This document shows positions 37,412 through 50,005 of a stretch of 64,000 bases of DNA, in pieces. The stretch is taken from contig NW_026865136.1 in assembly GCF_026571515.1 (NCBI RefSeq), positions 124,001 to 188,000 on the forward strand. Reading direction: 5' to 3'. This DNA is from Ruditapes philippinarum. Its lineage: Eukaryota. Position numbers and translations under genes: made by a program. Within the stretch, counting starts at the first letter, position 1. Every line of letters begins with the position of its first letter. The notes below the pieces were generated by a model. It searched no databases and was not told the DNA's origin. It saw only the letters and a list, made by a program, of their open reading frames with translations.

Positions 37412-37558
37412 GTTTCGTATGTTCTTTGCGACAATTTTAAGGAGAGTATTATACGTATCTATTGTAATATGCAGGACGATTTTGAAAAGGAAATCGTGTT
37501 TAAAGTGACATAAGCGTTTGGAGAGTGGTGTAAGGACAATCAATGTACCAATCCAGAG
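37412..37558 (+). pseudogene. SAMHD1: Orphan copy of the SAMHD1-like B penultimate exon, with in-frame stop
   Basis: Near-identical to 56489-56635, including flanking intron (about 37250-37760 vs 56330-56860); TAA at 37511-37513. Confidence 0.93.
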
Positions 37559-40284
37559 GTTATGTATGTCCTTAAAAGTAATGGATTCAAAAAAGTACAC
37601 AAATGATTAACAGAAACTGTCGTTTACATCCTCTGCGCGAGTAACATAACATTTTATTGCAGCAAAATCATATTTACATCAATATCCACCTCTCAAATTC
37701 CTTCCCCTTTTCTTAATTAAAGAATATTATCATTAAGCTTTGTAAAGAAAGTACAGAATATACGGTGCATTTTTTTTAAAAATAAAAGTAGTTTTTTCAT
37801 TATGCTTACACCGGAATGATTACCAATGAGTCTATTTGCCACTCGTCTCTTACAACATATGATATAATTACTCGGACAAATTAGTAATTACTTGTAATAA
37901 TAATTATTATATAATCAATTGTATGTTTATGCAGGTACTTTGAATTTAACCGATTTAAACCGGGAAGTATAATTAGATAGAATACCACGAAATAAAAACA
38001 TGCAGGTGATTCACAAAGAGATAGTAGTATTTACTTAAATATCTATAACTAGTTCAACCACAAGTTATTATAAGTTTGTATGTGCAGCACGTAGGGCATA
38101 TTTTTAGGGTTTACAATTATATTTTTTGCATAATTAAGCAACGTTACGCTTAAACGTCTGAACAAAATCACTAATAAATAGGATCTTCAGTTTAAAAATT
38201 GGGACGTTTTTCAAACTTGGCCCATCAAGCTTTAACAATGCAATTGGTCCTATTACTTTTAAATGTTTTTAAGTTTCGTGTCCTGTCAAAATATCAAAAA
38301 CGATATTTATTGACAATTATAATATCAGAATAATCTTCTGCTTTTTTACGTTTTGGCAATATGTAAGTTTAATTAATGTGACTTATCACCTACCTGCGCC
38401 GCCTTTGCGATCCGTGAACATGACATTGCACGGCCGTGCATATATTTTGACGCGGCGTCACTTTCATTATATAAATAGCGTTATGTTAGCGTTATACATT
38501 AGGCGAGCTAATAAAAATGGTCTTTTCAATTCAAACGATCTTTATTTTAGGTATGTGATAAATAGAATATTATATTCGTTTAAGTTCATGACTAAATTTA
38601 TTCAACTCGTTCAATAAATTCAGTTCTTAAACTTACACTCATTCAATATCCTCTAATTAGTATTTTTATGAAAGTCAAAATTACGAAAACACTTAATTAT
38701 TGACAGTTTTATTTACTAACTACACATGATCTGAAAAATTAAGTAGTGAACAAATAATAACTAATTTAAAGATTTTAATGAAATAAAATTTATTGCTCAT
38801 AAACATCATGCAGAAGAGTGTTACTAAAGAAATTCCATTTGTATATGTGTACAGTATCAATAAAACATTTTTACAAACAAGAATGTTGATAAGGAAAATA
38901 AACAAAAGAGATTCTTGTTTCAAAAAACGCTCGGAAATCTACCTTGCAGCAATTAAAAATGGCAACGTTATTCATATTGCCGAGCTGGAGAGCCAATCAA
39001 ATCATAATATCATAATAGCCGAGTTTTCTCATAAAGGCCGTACTTTTTTAAATAATGACATTGTTTTATGGTCATAATGTCGACGTGAACTTCATATAAA
39101 TTGGGCGAAAAGGTGCCCAATGATGAAAAATTAATTAAAGATCCTGTAACACAATTTTTTATGGTTTTAAATCATAAATATGATGCTCAAATTAAGATTT
39201 ATCAATATTGTAGGTTCCAAAAAGCATTATTTATAAAGCTATTACAGAATTTAACATTTCATGTAAATAAAGGGAGGTTATAATATTAAGTCAAATTTTA
39301 CAATAAGAAATGAATGCATGTATTCTTATGATTACATATAATTTGCACAATTATTCGAGTACATGTTTTACATATTCTTAGATGTTTGAAAATTGTTTTA
39401 TTTGCATAATAATGTACATATATATAATTTCACTTAATGTGGTAAACCACTTTGATCACAACATACAGGATACAAGTAACAATTCCATAATACAGTGCAA
39501 TAAGTCTATTAAAAAGACAGTACGCTAAGTCTATAAGATTATCACAAACTAAAGTGCAATAAATATGTAATAATGTTATCCAGACACAAATTACTGCTAT
39601 CACGCACCAAAATGCAATGCGTCTAACGTTTTCAGAAACTATCATGATAAAATATGTCAAATATAATCTGGCTGAAAAAGCAGGGTAAAAAAATTAACAC
39701 GTCTCAGGCAGCACAGTGCAATAAACATTTTTAGTACTCGACAATGCAGTGCACACGCCTAGACTTTTATAGCAAACATTCTAACTTGAACAAAACTACA
39801 TTTAATATACTTCTATAAAGTTAAATAATCTTGCAAGAAAAATGTTTAAAATGAATAAATATATCCATTGAATAGAAAGAATGAGCGGACAATCGCCATT
39901 TCTTTGTTATTTGAATTGTACTAATAAACGACCAAGATACAATACCACCACGATAATGCATGTTTTGGGCTTTAAATACTTCTTTGTATATGCATGACAT
40001 GCATTTGCTGGTTTTAAATATTAGTTGTATAACATATTTTTTAAGCACAAAATCATTGTATGTTCAAGATTCTTTTACAAGATTACAGAACATTGAACGG
40101 AAAGATTATGTTCTCTTTTTATGCATAAAATATCTTAGGAATTAAGAAAGCAAAATTTGCAATAGAAGATAAATGTAAGTATTTTTAATGGCACTTAAAT
40201 CATTTTCTTTTAAACTTATTTTAGAGGCTTTTCTATAGACAACATATACACTCGATAAATGACTCAATCTATCTATGGAGGTTA

Positions 40285-41507
40285 CGAGGGGTGTTCAAGT
40301 ATGAATGCAATTGGGTCAATTTCCAGTAGTGCTTAACAAAAAGTACCAACATAATTTTATCAATCCTACAAAATGCTCACTTCCATGTGATAAACAAAGT
40401 TTTAGTCTTAAATCCAATGTTTAAATGCGTTTTTCATAATATGTGCGAGGTATACTCTTCAGACACTGGGAAATAACCGACAAGATAATTTTTCGCGCCA
40501 GTCTTTGAAAAAGATAAAAGTCACAAGGGGCAAGATCTGGCGAACAAGGAGGGTAAGGAAGCTCAACAACCTTTATATGTTTCAAATATTCTCGTACAAT
40601 GGTGCTTTGTGTGACGAAGCATTGTCATGCAACAACCTGACACCACGGATACTAGTTGCTGGTCGACAGTTTTTGAAATATTTCTTTAATCTATGAAGGA
40701 CCTTGCCGTTCTTAAACTTTGTCATTTACAGATTTACACTTTGTTTCGGCAATTTGAATAGCAGGACCATTATTGATAAAGAAAATTACATACATGACAT
40801 TTTTGTCGCTCATGGTGCGTTTTGCTATGTAAGGTACTTCCCTTGGTTGCTCATATTTTGTTATGTATCTTTCGCTTGGGCTCATAAAAGTGAACCCACG
40901 TCTCATGGCCAGTGACGATGTTTGCCAAAGATCAATTGTTATATTCAGGGAAATGTTTCAACGACTGTCTGGAGATTCTTACCGGAGCAAGTTTTTGCTC
41001 TTTTGTAAAGAGATGTGGTATCCGTCTGGCAGGCACTTATCCTTTTCATTTCTAGAACACGTCTGAGAATTTTATGATCGGCTCGTACAGAGATACCAAC
41101 TCATTTCGCTATATACCTAGTTGTAAATCTTTCATCAGTAGCAATCAAATCCATAACCTTTGCAACCATTTATGGCGAACTTGCAGTATTTGGACGACGT
41201 GCATGAGGTGCATCTTTTACAGAATCCAAAACACTTATAAATTTCTTACACTACCATGTGACAAATGAAATAGAAAGTTCCAATATACACGATATACTTC
41301 ATTAAATATGTCTTTCGCCTGTTAACTAAGAATACATCGGTTCTTTATAAAGGACTCATTTGGTCAGTGAAAGGAGACCTTTTCCCACATTTTTAGCTTT
41401 CGTATACACGAGCTATTGTCAAAGCAGCGAAACATGTACAAAGTTCGTGCAAAACGTGGTTAAAAGCGAGATATTGGCCTAGTTTCGTTCATATTTGACT
41501 ACCCTCG
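40285..41507 (-). mobile_element. Degenerate mariner (DD34D) transposon
   Basis: TA-flanked TIRs CGAGGGGTGTTCAAGTATGA / TCATATTTGACTACCCTCG; remnants [31 protein letters not shown]. Confidence 0.92.
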
Positions 41508-44339
41508 TAGTCTCATGCTTACAAACATACATACATGCTCTGTTAGATTTTGCCTATTTATAGAGAAAGCTGCCATCCACATCCCTTGCATCGACTTGAC
41601 TGTACAGAATTCAACCATACGAAAATAGTGTAAATATCCGGAGCTGTGTTCATTTGGCGGTAATCACGGAACATTCAATGTGACACTTCAATACCATTTC
41701 ATAAATAGCGGTTTATGACCCCAAGTAAAAGAATACGTGTACCCTAAACAATGTGTGGAACTAAATATAATATAATTTAGAAAGGGGTTCAGAGGTTATG
41801 AAGCCTGTAGTAACATCTACCTGCAAAAATATGGACATGATAGTTTAGGTAAAAAGTTTCGGGCATCTTGTACAGATATACATTAATACCCCTAGTATTT
41901 GTATACGACATATAGTACTGCATGATCATGATAAGTCATTATAAAACACCACTGACAAATATTCCTGATTTGATAATGAAACATGAAAAATGCACAACAC
42001 AACTTAAACGTTACCAACTTTATTACACTGTTGAAAAATCTAGCATTCCATTGGTAAGATTTTACATTGAGCAAATTTGAGGGAATTATACATGTATTTT
42101 AAAACGTTTATGAAGATACAAGTGAAAATAAATAATGCAAACTGAAGTATTCTGTCAATGAAAACTAAACAAAAATGAAAACTGAAAAATGAAACGACTA
42201 CCGTTGTTCTTAAATCGATACTCTAGGTTTCAAATGTCACAAAATTAATTTATTCGGTTGCAAAGCAGTCGAGTCTTATCTGATTTTAAAAAAGATGCAT
42301 AGGATTGACAGCGGAATAACAATATTTATTTTGGAGCGTCAATAAAACACAAGTATATAAAAACATTCACATACATCAGCTTCACACTTTTAAAGTTTCT
42401 GGCTTTGTTGCATTACACATTTTTATTAACATTTTTATTTCAAATGGAAAGACAATGTTTTCTTATCTCCGTGTACATACTGGACTGTCTGTTGTTTACC
42501 AAGATTTCATATCGTGGAACGAGGCTAAAATTAATACATGCGTGAACACGTTGTCTCCATTTGGATCAAACGCATCGGTTAGAGCTGTTGCATTGCAATG
42601 TAATAAAAAACATCTGACTTTTTCAATCTATTTGTTGACTTTTGGATACAAGGAAGTTCATTTTGAAGAAATTTATCTTTTAAAGTTTAGTATTTTTCTT
42701 TTTAGAAGATATTGATAGTGCTGTGCGGACATAGTTCTGGTTTCAAAAAAATTAAATGGCCGCCTTTTATATAGTTAAGTGATGTGTGCTGTTTTATTTT
42801 GGTTAGATTTTGTAAAGGCTCTGACTCCTTTATGTCTTATTTACTACGTTTACGCTCAAAATTAATAATTTATCGTAGGTCATTTGCTTATTAAAAGTTT
42901 ATACATCGTTTAATCGGGATATAATTAATTAATGTCCAAGTCATTATGATAAACTATTACAAGCAATACTGTCTATATTTAAATAAGACACATGGTACGT
43001 CACGACACTGACTGAAGCGTACCCGTCTTGTCACATTATAAAACGAGTACTACTAAACAGTACAAACGTAATGGGTTTCTTTGTGTCATAACGCTTCCCC
43101 TTTAATTTCAACAACTGCCCAGATCTATACAGACATTCGTCTAGGTAGCATTTTATTTGGCTGTTCTAAAAGTATGCAGCTCACAGCTGACCATTCCTTC
43201 ACAGCCATTATACGTGTGCGTAAAGCCTGTTGGATATGCTAATGTAAAGAACCGGATGAGTATGCTTCAAAGAGTTTTCAATTAATTTGTCACAGTAAAT
43301 TGGTATGCTAATCAGTCACACTTACTACAGGCGATTATGCAAACCTGAATACCTTTATCTTTTCAAGCATTTTTCCGCAACTTAATAAAGCACTTTTGAT
43401 AGCAGAGGTATTTTGTTATATTACATGAATGTATTATTTCGGTGAGCGAGTATAATATTTCAGATTTGTTTGAATAATGTTAATTATGATAGATGAAATG
43501 TTTCTGTTACCTGTCTTATTTATTTCCGTTTGTTTATTTTATTAATTTTTTTGGCATTTACAACCTTTAGATATCTTTACGATTTTCAAACTGTTTGGCC
43601 AAAGGGTACATCTTTTACTTTTTTGACACAATTTGTAAAAGCACATTTAAACATGATAGAATATTATAGGCATAGACCGGAAATAAATATGCACTGAACT
43701 GTACTTAAATGATGTAATTGAAAGATATGGTTCGTGAAAATGCACTTATAGCATTACTACAAACCAAAGCAAATGTAAGCTTAAAATAAAGTTATCTTAC
43801 CAGACATTTCAACAAGGACGCAGAAAGAAACTTATAACAATAATTATTATTACTCATATCAATATCATATAAACATTTAAGCTTACAATTGTATTATATT
43901 CATCTTTTTTTAGCTTCATTTGCTATTGAAACTGGCGACAACCAAAATGGCATTTTCGTAACAAAACCAACAAACACAAAACAGAACATAGAGCAGATTT
44001 GCAAGAATAAGCAAATATATAGCAAACAGAGAAGAAAGCGCAACTATTTGAATTTTACATAATATTGTTAGAAAATAATATTTCTTGGTACATGTTTTAT
44101 AATTCATGGTATTGTTATATTCTTTTGGCCCTTTAGCATTGCTGATGCCAGCACAATAAGTGTTGAAGATTGAATACCATCTGTCGCTGCTAGAGGGCGT
44201 GATGGACGCTGCACATTTTCATTGTTCCTCATAAACAGACTCACCAAACTGAATCTGCAATTTTTATGTAAGTTTGTTTATTTCCTTGCTTTTTTTGAAT
44301 TTATTCATTATTTATAGAGTTATTGTATTGACTTTGTAA

Positions 44340-44740
44340 ATATTTGCAGCTTTCAACGTGTCACACGCATATCACCGAGGGTCAAGAAATGTTACAGAAA
44401 TTTGGTCACATGTGTTGTAGTGCACCTTGTATTTTGCGCGTATTTTTATTCAGAATTTGTAGAGTAATTGCCCTTGACTTTTTGTGTCACGTGACGTCTA
44501 AAAGTGTTTGAGATAGAGTCATCAAATTTACATAAATGTTGATGTGCATGTAAAATTGTGTAACTGTGGTTTTGTGTGTGGATTATTTCAGTTTTGTTAG
44601 TGTCATTGCACTTGTCTTAGTGAAAGTTTACAATTTTCAACTTTTGTCGCGCTTAGCCACAAAAGTGCTGGACGTTGGGTAATGAAACTGTTCGGGAATG
44701 TGAGTCAGCATGTGTAGTTGTGCACCAGAAGCTAGTTTAT
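44340..44740. repeat. Degenerate tandem units of an interspersed repeat
   Basis: Three recurrences of ttgtgtcacg..gagtcat.aaa.tt.cag.aatgt..gtcagcatgtgtagttgtgcac. Confidence 0.5.
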
Positions 44741-47074
44741 TGAATGTTAATGTCTCTACTGGGGTACCCACTAATGCCTTAGATAATACATTGTGGAACA
44801 CCCGTGGAAATTGACCTCGGAAATTGAGTGTTGTGGTAATTTGTCTCTCACCTCATAAACATAAGCAGTCGGGGAATATAGTAATTACTAGTTAATTATC
44901 AAGGAATGCCTGTTACTTTAGGTGGAATGACAGCCGAGATATGACTCAAAATATGTTAAAATCGGTATATAACCAGACAAAAAACACACACAAAAAAAAA
45001 ACAATCAAACAAACAAACGTTTAACTTTATGTGCTCGTTCAAGCAAATCGTTATATATAATAGATAGATTTATTGATACTTTAAATACATTCTAAACCAT
45101 TTTATATATTAAATAATCTGTACATGCAGATGAACCATGTATGAACTCTAATGAAAAATATGTTTTGTTCTGTTTATTTTGTACAAGAAATAATGAAAAC
45201 AATAATGATTATAATTAAAAATTCAAATTGTACGTCTATGCACTAGCCAAGTTTCTTTGAATTTAAACCGTGAAGTATAGTAAGATAGAATACTACGAAA
45301 TAAAAACATACATGCGATTCATATATAGTATTTACTTAAATATCTAAAACCTGTTCAAGGAGATGTTTTTGTGACAGTTTGCATGTGCAGTGCATATTTT
45401 AATGAACATAAATAAGTAACGCTCCAATAAATAAATCGGTCTGCACAAATTTAATTTGTCATCATAATAGTCAATTATTTCATTCAACAACAGAGTGCAA
45501 CATGAAAAAAGTATTATTGTAGTTAACTAAGTGCAACAATTTTAAAATGAAACCAGGGTATATATTACAACTGATGCCCAAGTAGTTTAGAATAACATCA
45601 GATAACCTGAAGCAATAAAACATTATAATTAATAATTATGCTAAGTTCATCCAATGTTATTTTGGTTTGTTTTGATAACGGGTCTGGTGTCTTCTATGTC
45701 TTATTTACTATGTTTCAAATTTCAAACCTAAGGCTTTATAGTTGATCATATATGCTTATTAAAGGTTTATATATCTTTTAACCGGGGCATAATTAATTAC
45801 TGTCCAAGACATTACAATATAACCATTACGATCGTGTCAGCACCGTTTATATATAAATAAGTCGGGACACAATTATTGGTTAACTTTCCCTACAGACTAA
45901 AGTCTACCCGTCGGGTTAAAGTATAAAACGAGTACTACTCGTACGGAAGCAATGATATTTCTGTGTCGTAACGCTTACCTTTTAATTTTTTTCCTTCATG
46001 TAAGCATATATTCGCCAAGGTAGCAAATTGTTCAGCTCTTTCAATGTATGCTTTGCGCAGCTGACCGTTCCTTCGCAGCCATTTTACGAGTGCATAAAAC
46101 CTCGCTTGTAAACTCAAATATATAATACCCTGCGTTAGGCAAACACGTTTGCAAAAGGATTATGAATGTAAAACAGTCTCATGTATGCTATGAATAAAAC
46201 AATTATGGGACCATAATATAAGTTAAGAATCTTTTATTTGTTTTGTTTAACACTTCAATAAAGTTAATGTAGTTAATATAGAGAACAAAATAATACATTT
46301 TAACTTAAACATCATGTCTATTACATGAAGTATTCTTGCAAACGAACAGTTAATAAATGTATTCATTGAATAGATAGAATGAGTGGACAATCGCCATGTC
46401 TTTATTATTTGATGAATTGTACAGAAAAACGGCCAATGTTGATACCCGTGAACAAGTTTTTTTGTTGTTGTTTTTCCGCCCAGATAAACATTTATCGGCA
46501 CTCATATTTTTGTATTAAGCACGATATTCGTTTGCTGGTTTAAAATACATATCCTTTTTACTTAAGTAAAATAAATGCACAAGGTATATATAATGATGGT
46601 TTTGCAGTATAACATAACATTGAACTGAAAGATTTTGTTCTTTTCTTTTTTTTTAGAATGAGATAAATTATTTTATTTTAAACATCTTTTAAAAGTATTT
46701 ATCTCTTCTGTAGGAAAGAAAATAAAAGTAATAGGCCGCTAGGCCGACATGATCACACATCTAGTTATTTAAGGGATTCGATATTGATTCGGTATGCTTG
46801 TCAGTCAAACTTATTGAAAAAAGGTATTGAAACCTGACGATCGTCTACATGTACCGAGTTAAGAGAAACAAAATGAAAATATAGTTTCAGTGGCCTAATC
46901 GTATATTCACCAGCAAACGGAATATTGAAGTTAAGTTGAGAAAGTAATAATGTTAAAAGCATGTATAAGATTTAAGTATTGTTAAAACAGCTACCTATCC
47001 TGTTAATTTTCAGTTTAAGAATTCCACTAACCAGTGTAACCATTATTCTATGATTTTTTTTTTTTTTTCAATTT

Positions 47075-47930
47075 TTTTAGCTCACATGTGCTAGCTCAGG
47101 GAAAGCTTTTAGGATCGTTGAATGCCCGTCGTCCGTCATTCGTCCACATTTGTTTGTGAACACTCAAGCGGTCACATTTTTGCCTCAATCGTCATCAAAC
47201 TCTGTCAAGACGCTTGTCTAGGTAATTGCTCGGATGAGTTAGAACATGGGTGATCTCTGATAAAAAAACTAGGTCACAGGAGCTGAAAATAGAATTTTCT
47301 CTTGTGAACACTCTAGTGTCTACAGTCTTGACCCAAATATCCTGAAAATATGTCTGAAGTTTGTTTTGTTGATTTCTAGGTGCAAATCGAATATGTGTCA
47401 CCTGGGGTCAAAATCTAGGTCATACAGCCCATATATGGAAAGACCCTGTTAACACTCTAATGGCTACTGTTTTGATCGAATCTCCTGAAAATTGGTCTGA
47501 ACTTCTTTTTTTTATTTCTAGGTCAAATTCGGATATGTGTCTCCTGGTCATACAGCCCATGTATGGAAATACCTTGTTAGCACTCTAGAGGCTACTGTTT
47601 TGATCCAAATATCCTGAAATTTTTTTAGAAATGTTTTTGATGATTTCTAGATCATGTTTGAATATGAAATAGAAAAACCTTTTTAACACCCTAGGGGCTA
47701 CTGTTCCAGTAGGAATAGCCTATCTGGAAATTGGTCGGAGAGGTTGTTAAGAAGATTTTTAGGTAAAGTTCGAATATGGGTCACTTTGGTTAAAAAACTA
47801 GGTCATACAGCCCAAGAATGGAAAAAAATTTGTTAACACTGTAGAAGCTGTTGTTTTCATCCAAATATCCTGGGAATGGATGAGAAAGATTATTTTTTTG
47901 ATTTCTAGGACAATTTTGAATATGTTTATC
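47075..47930 (+). mobile_element. Helentron-associated (HINE-like) element with ~130-bp internal tandem repeats
   Basis: ttttagctcac...gaaagcttt...cgtcgtccgtc head; repeated aacactctag.ggctactgttttgatccaaatatcctgaaa / ctaggtcatacagccc. Confidence 0.75.
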
Positions 47931-49844
47931 GAACGTGAGTTTTAAATAAAGTAATCAAAACTGTTCTTTTACAAAATATTTAACCTTAACGCCGAAGAAA
48001 GACACTTTTTATTCTTGTTAAACAGAAAAGCTACAATTGTATGCTATTCATCTTTATTTTTTTAGCTTTATTTGCAATTTGAAACTGAAACCAACCAGAA
48101 TACATGGCTTCTTCGTTACAAAACCAACGTACAACAACAGAAAGTAGACAAAGTTTGCAAGAACAGGCAAATAAATTATATAGAAACAGGAAAGTAAGTA
48201 CAATTATTTAAATTCTTTGTAATATTGTTGGATTTTGTTTTTAATTGATAACTTCTGTATTGTTAATTTTATACTGGGCTTTTAATTGGACTTTCACGTT
48301 ACGTGTAGAGGACTGAATACCGTCTACCGGTTCTATAGGGCGTGATAGATGCTGCATTTTTCCATATTCCGTCATGAGAACAGACTCATCTAACCAAGTC
48401 TGCAATTTTCATATATATAAAATGTCGATATAATTGAAATGTCGATTTTCTTGTTTCTGATGGGTCTTCTCTTTTCTAGATTTTCAGTAGACAGGGTTTC
48501 ATCTATGATTGCAAGGATTAACAATAAGACCGTTTCAATGATTGCAAGTACAGTCACACACAAGTGATAATGTATTTAAGTCCTACTACACATTGACCGC
48601 ACTTGATTTGATTTGATTAAGAAATTTGCAGTTTGTATATCATGAAAGAGGATGCAACGCTTGAAAAGGTTTCAAACCCCGTCTGTTGTTTTTCGTTTTC
48701 ATTTACATGTAATATGCCGTTTACTCTCTTTTATTTTTTTAAAATGTTAACTGAAATGAAAATTTTACGATTTTTAATTCATATAACTTTGGCAGGGGCA
48801 AAAATATAAGTCTTGCCGTAAGAGTACAAACAACACAATAATTATTGTATTGTTGAATTCAACTTTTTGTATAAATTAGGTAATACTGAAATATATCTTA
48901 TCGTCAACCTGTTATCTTTTAAATCTGACAAGTCAAATGTTCTCAGAAAGTGAGACCTTAATGTAAACAAACTACCTTGGATTATATCACACATATTGAT
49001 CATAAACCTATTTCAATGATCACAACGATTTATTTCAAGCAAAAAACATATTTATCAAAAAAATGTCAATATATCAAAATAGATAAAAGCTATGTAAAAT
49101 GAAAATAGAAAATTCAGGGAACAGAAAAACCCGTCTCACAATATTATATCTATCATAAATTATGTCATAAATGTTAGTGGAAGCTTATCATTTGATACCA
49201 CATGTACCGTATTAGTTTTTATCCTGATTTCACATGGTATCAAATACCACGGAGCTCATACCCGTAAAGAAAGTATCATTCATTTGAAGTTAATAAGGTA
49301 TATTACACTATATGATGAGTTTGTAAGTAAGGATTGTTTTTGAGTATTACAACAGTTCTTTAATGTTTGCCGATATTATGATCTTGCATATTTTTAGGAT
49401 TATTGACAGTGTAACGCTTTAAGGTACACAAACCCTGCCGGTGTAGAGCTAGCTCACATTCCCTTTTGTTAACTTAACAACTTTAGTATTTGCATATCAG
49501 CATGCTCATTATGACGTTCTACCAACGTCGTTACAACATCTTAAATTAAGGGACCCGCTGATGTTTTTTATTGACGTGGCTGGATGGGAAATATTTTTTT
49601 TGAAATTAGTTTTCCATTTGATACATGTCTGGACGAATCAGTTGTGTGCAAATGCCTAATCTGTTTGTTCAGAAAAATCACTTAAATTGTGTAAAATAAC
49701 TTTAAATGAAAAGTTTTAACTCAAGTCGGGCTACTAATCGTACAAAAATCGATTTTCAATTGAATTGCTATGCTAATGAGAATAATTACTTTATAGTTAA
49801 TGCTTAATTACTGTTTTCTTAAATTGGTCACTTTAATTCAATAG

Positions 49845-50005
49845 GCTTTCCAGGATTTCATTCATGGAAAAATAGAGTTACATCCGGTGTGTGTTCGTAT
49901 CATTAATACACCGCAATTTCATCGTCTCCGACACATCAAACAAATAGGGACCTGCTATTACGTGTACCCAACTGCCTGTCACAACCGATTTGAGCATTCT
50001 ATAGG
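49845..50005 (+). CDS. SAMHD1: SAMHD1-like B exon [54 protein letters not shown]
   Basis: tag|GCT...GG|gtaaaa, 161 nt. Confidence 0.94.

Noticed and set aside
44183-44202. CTCF-like motif ctgctagagggcgt
   Set aside because: Imperfect, not conserved in the duplicate at about 48330, and better explained by the minus-strand coding remnant
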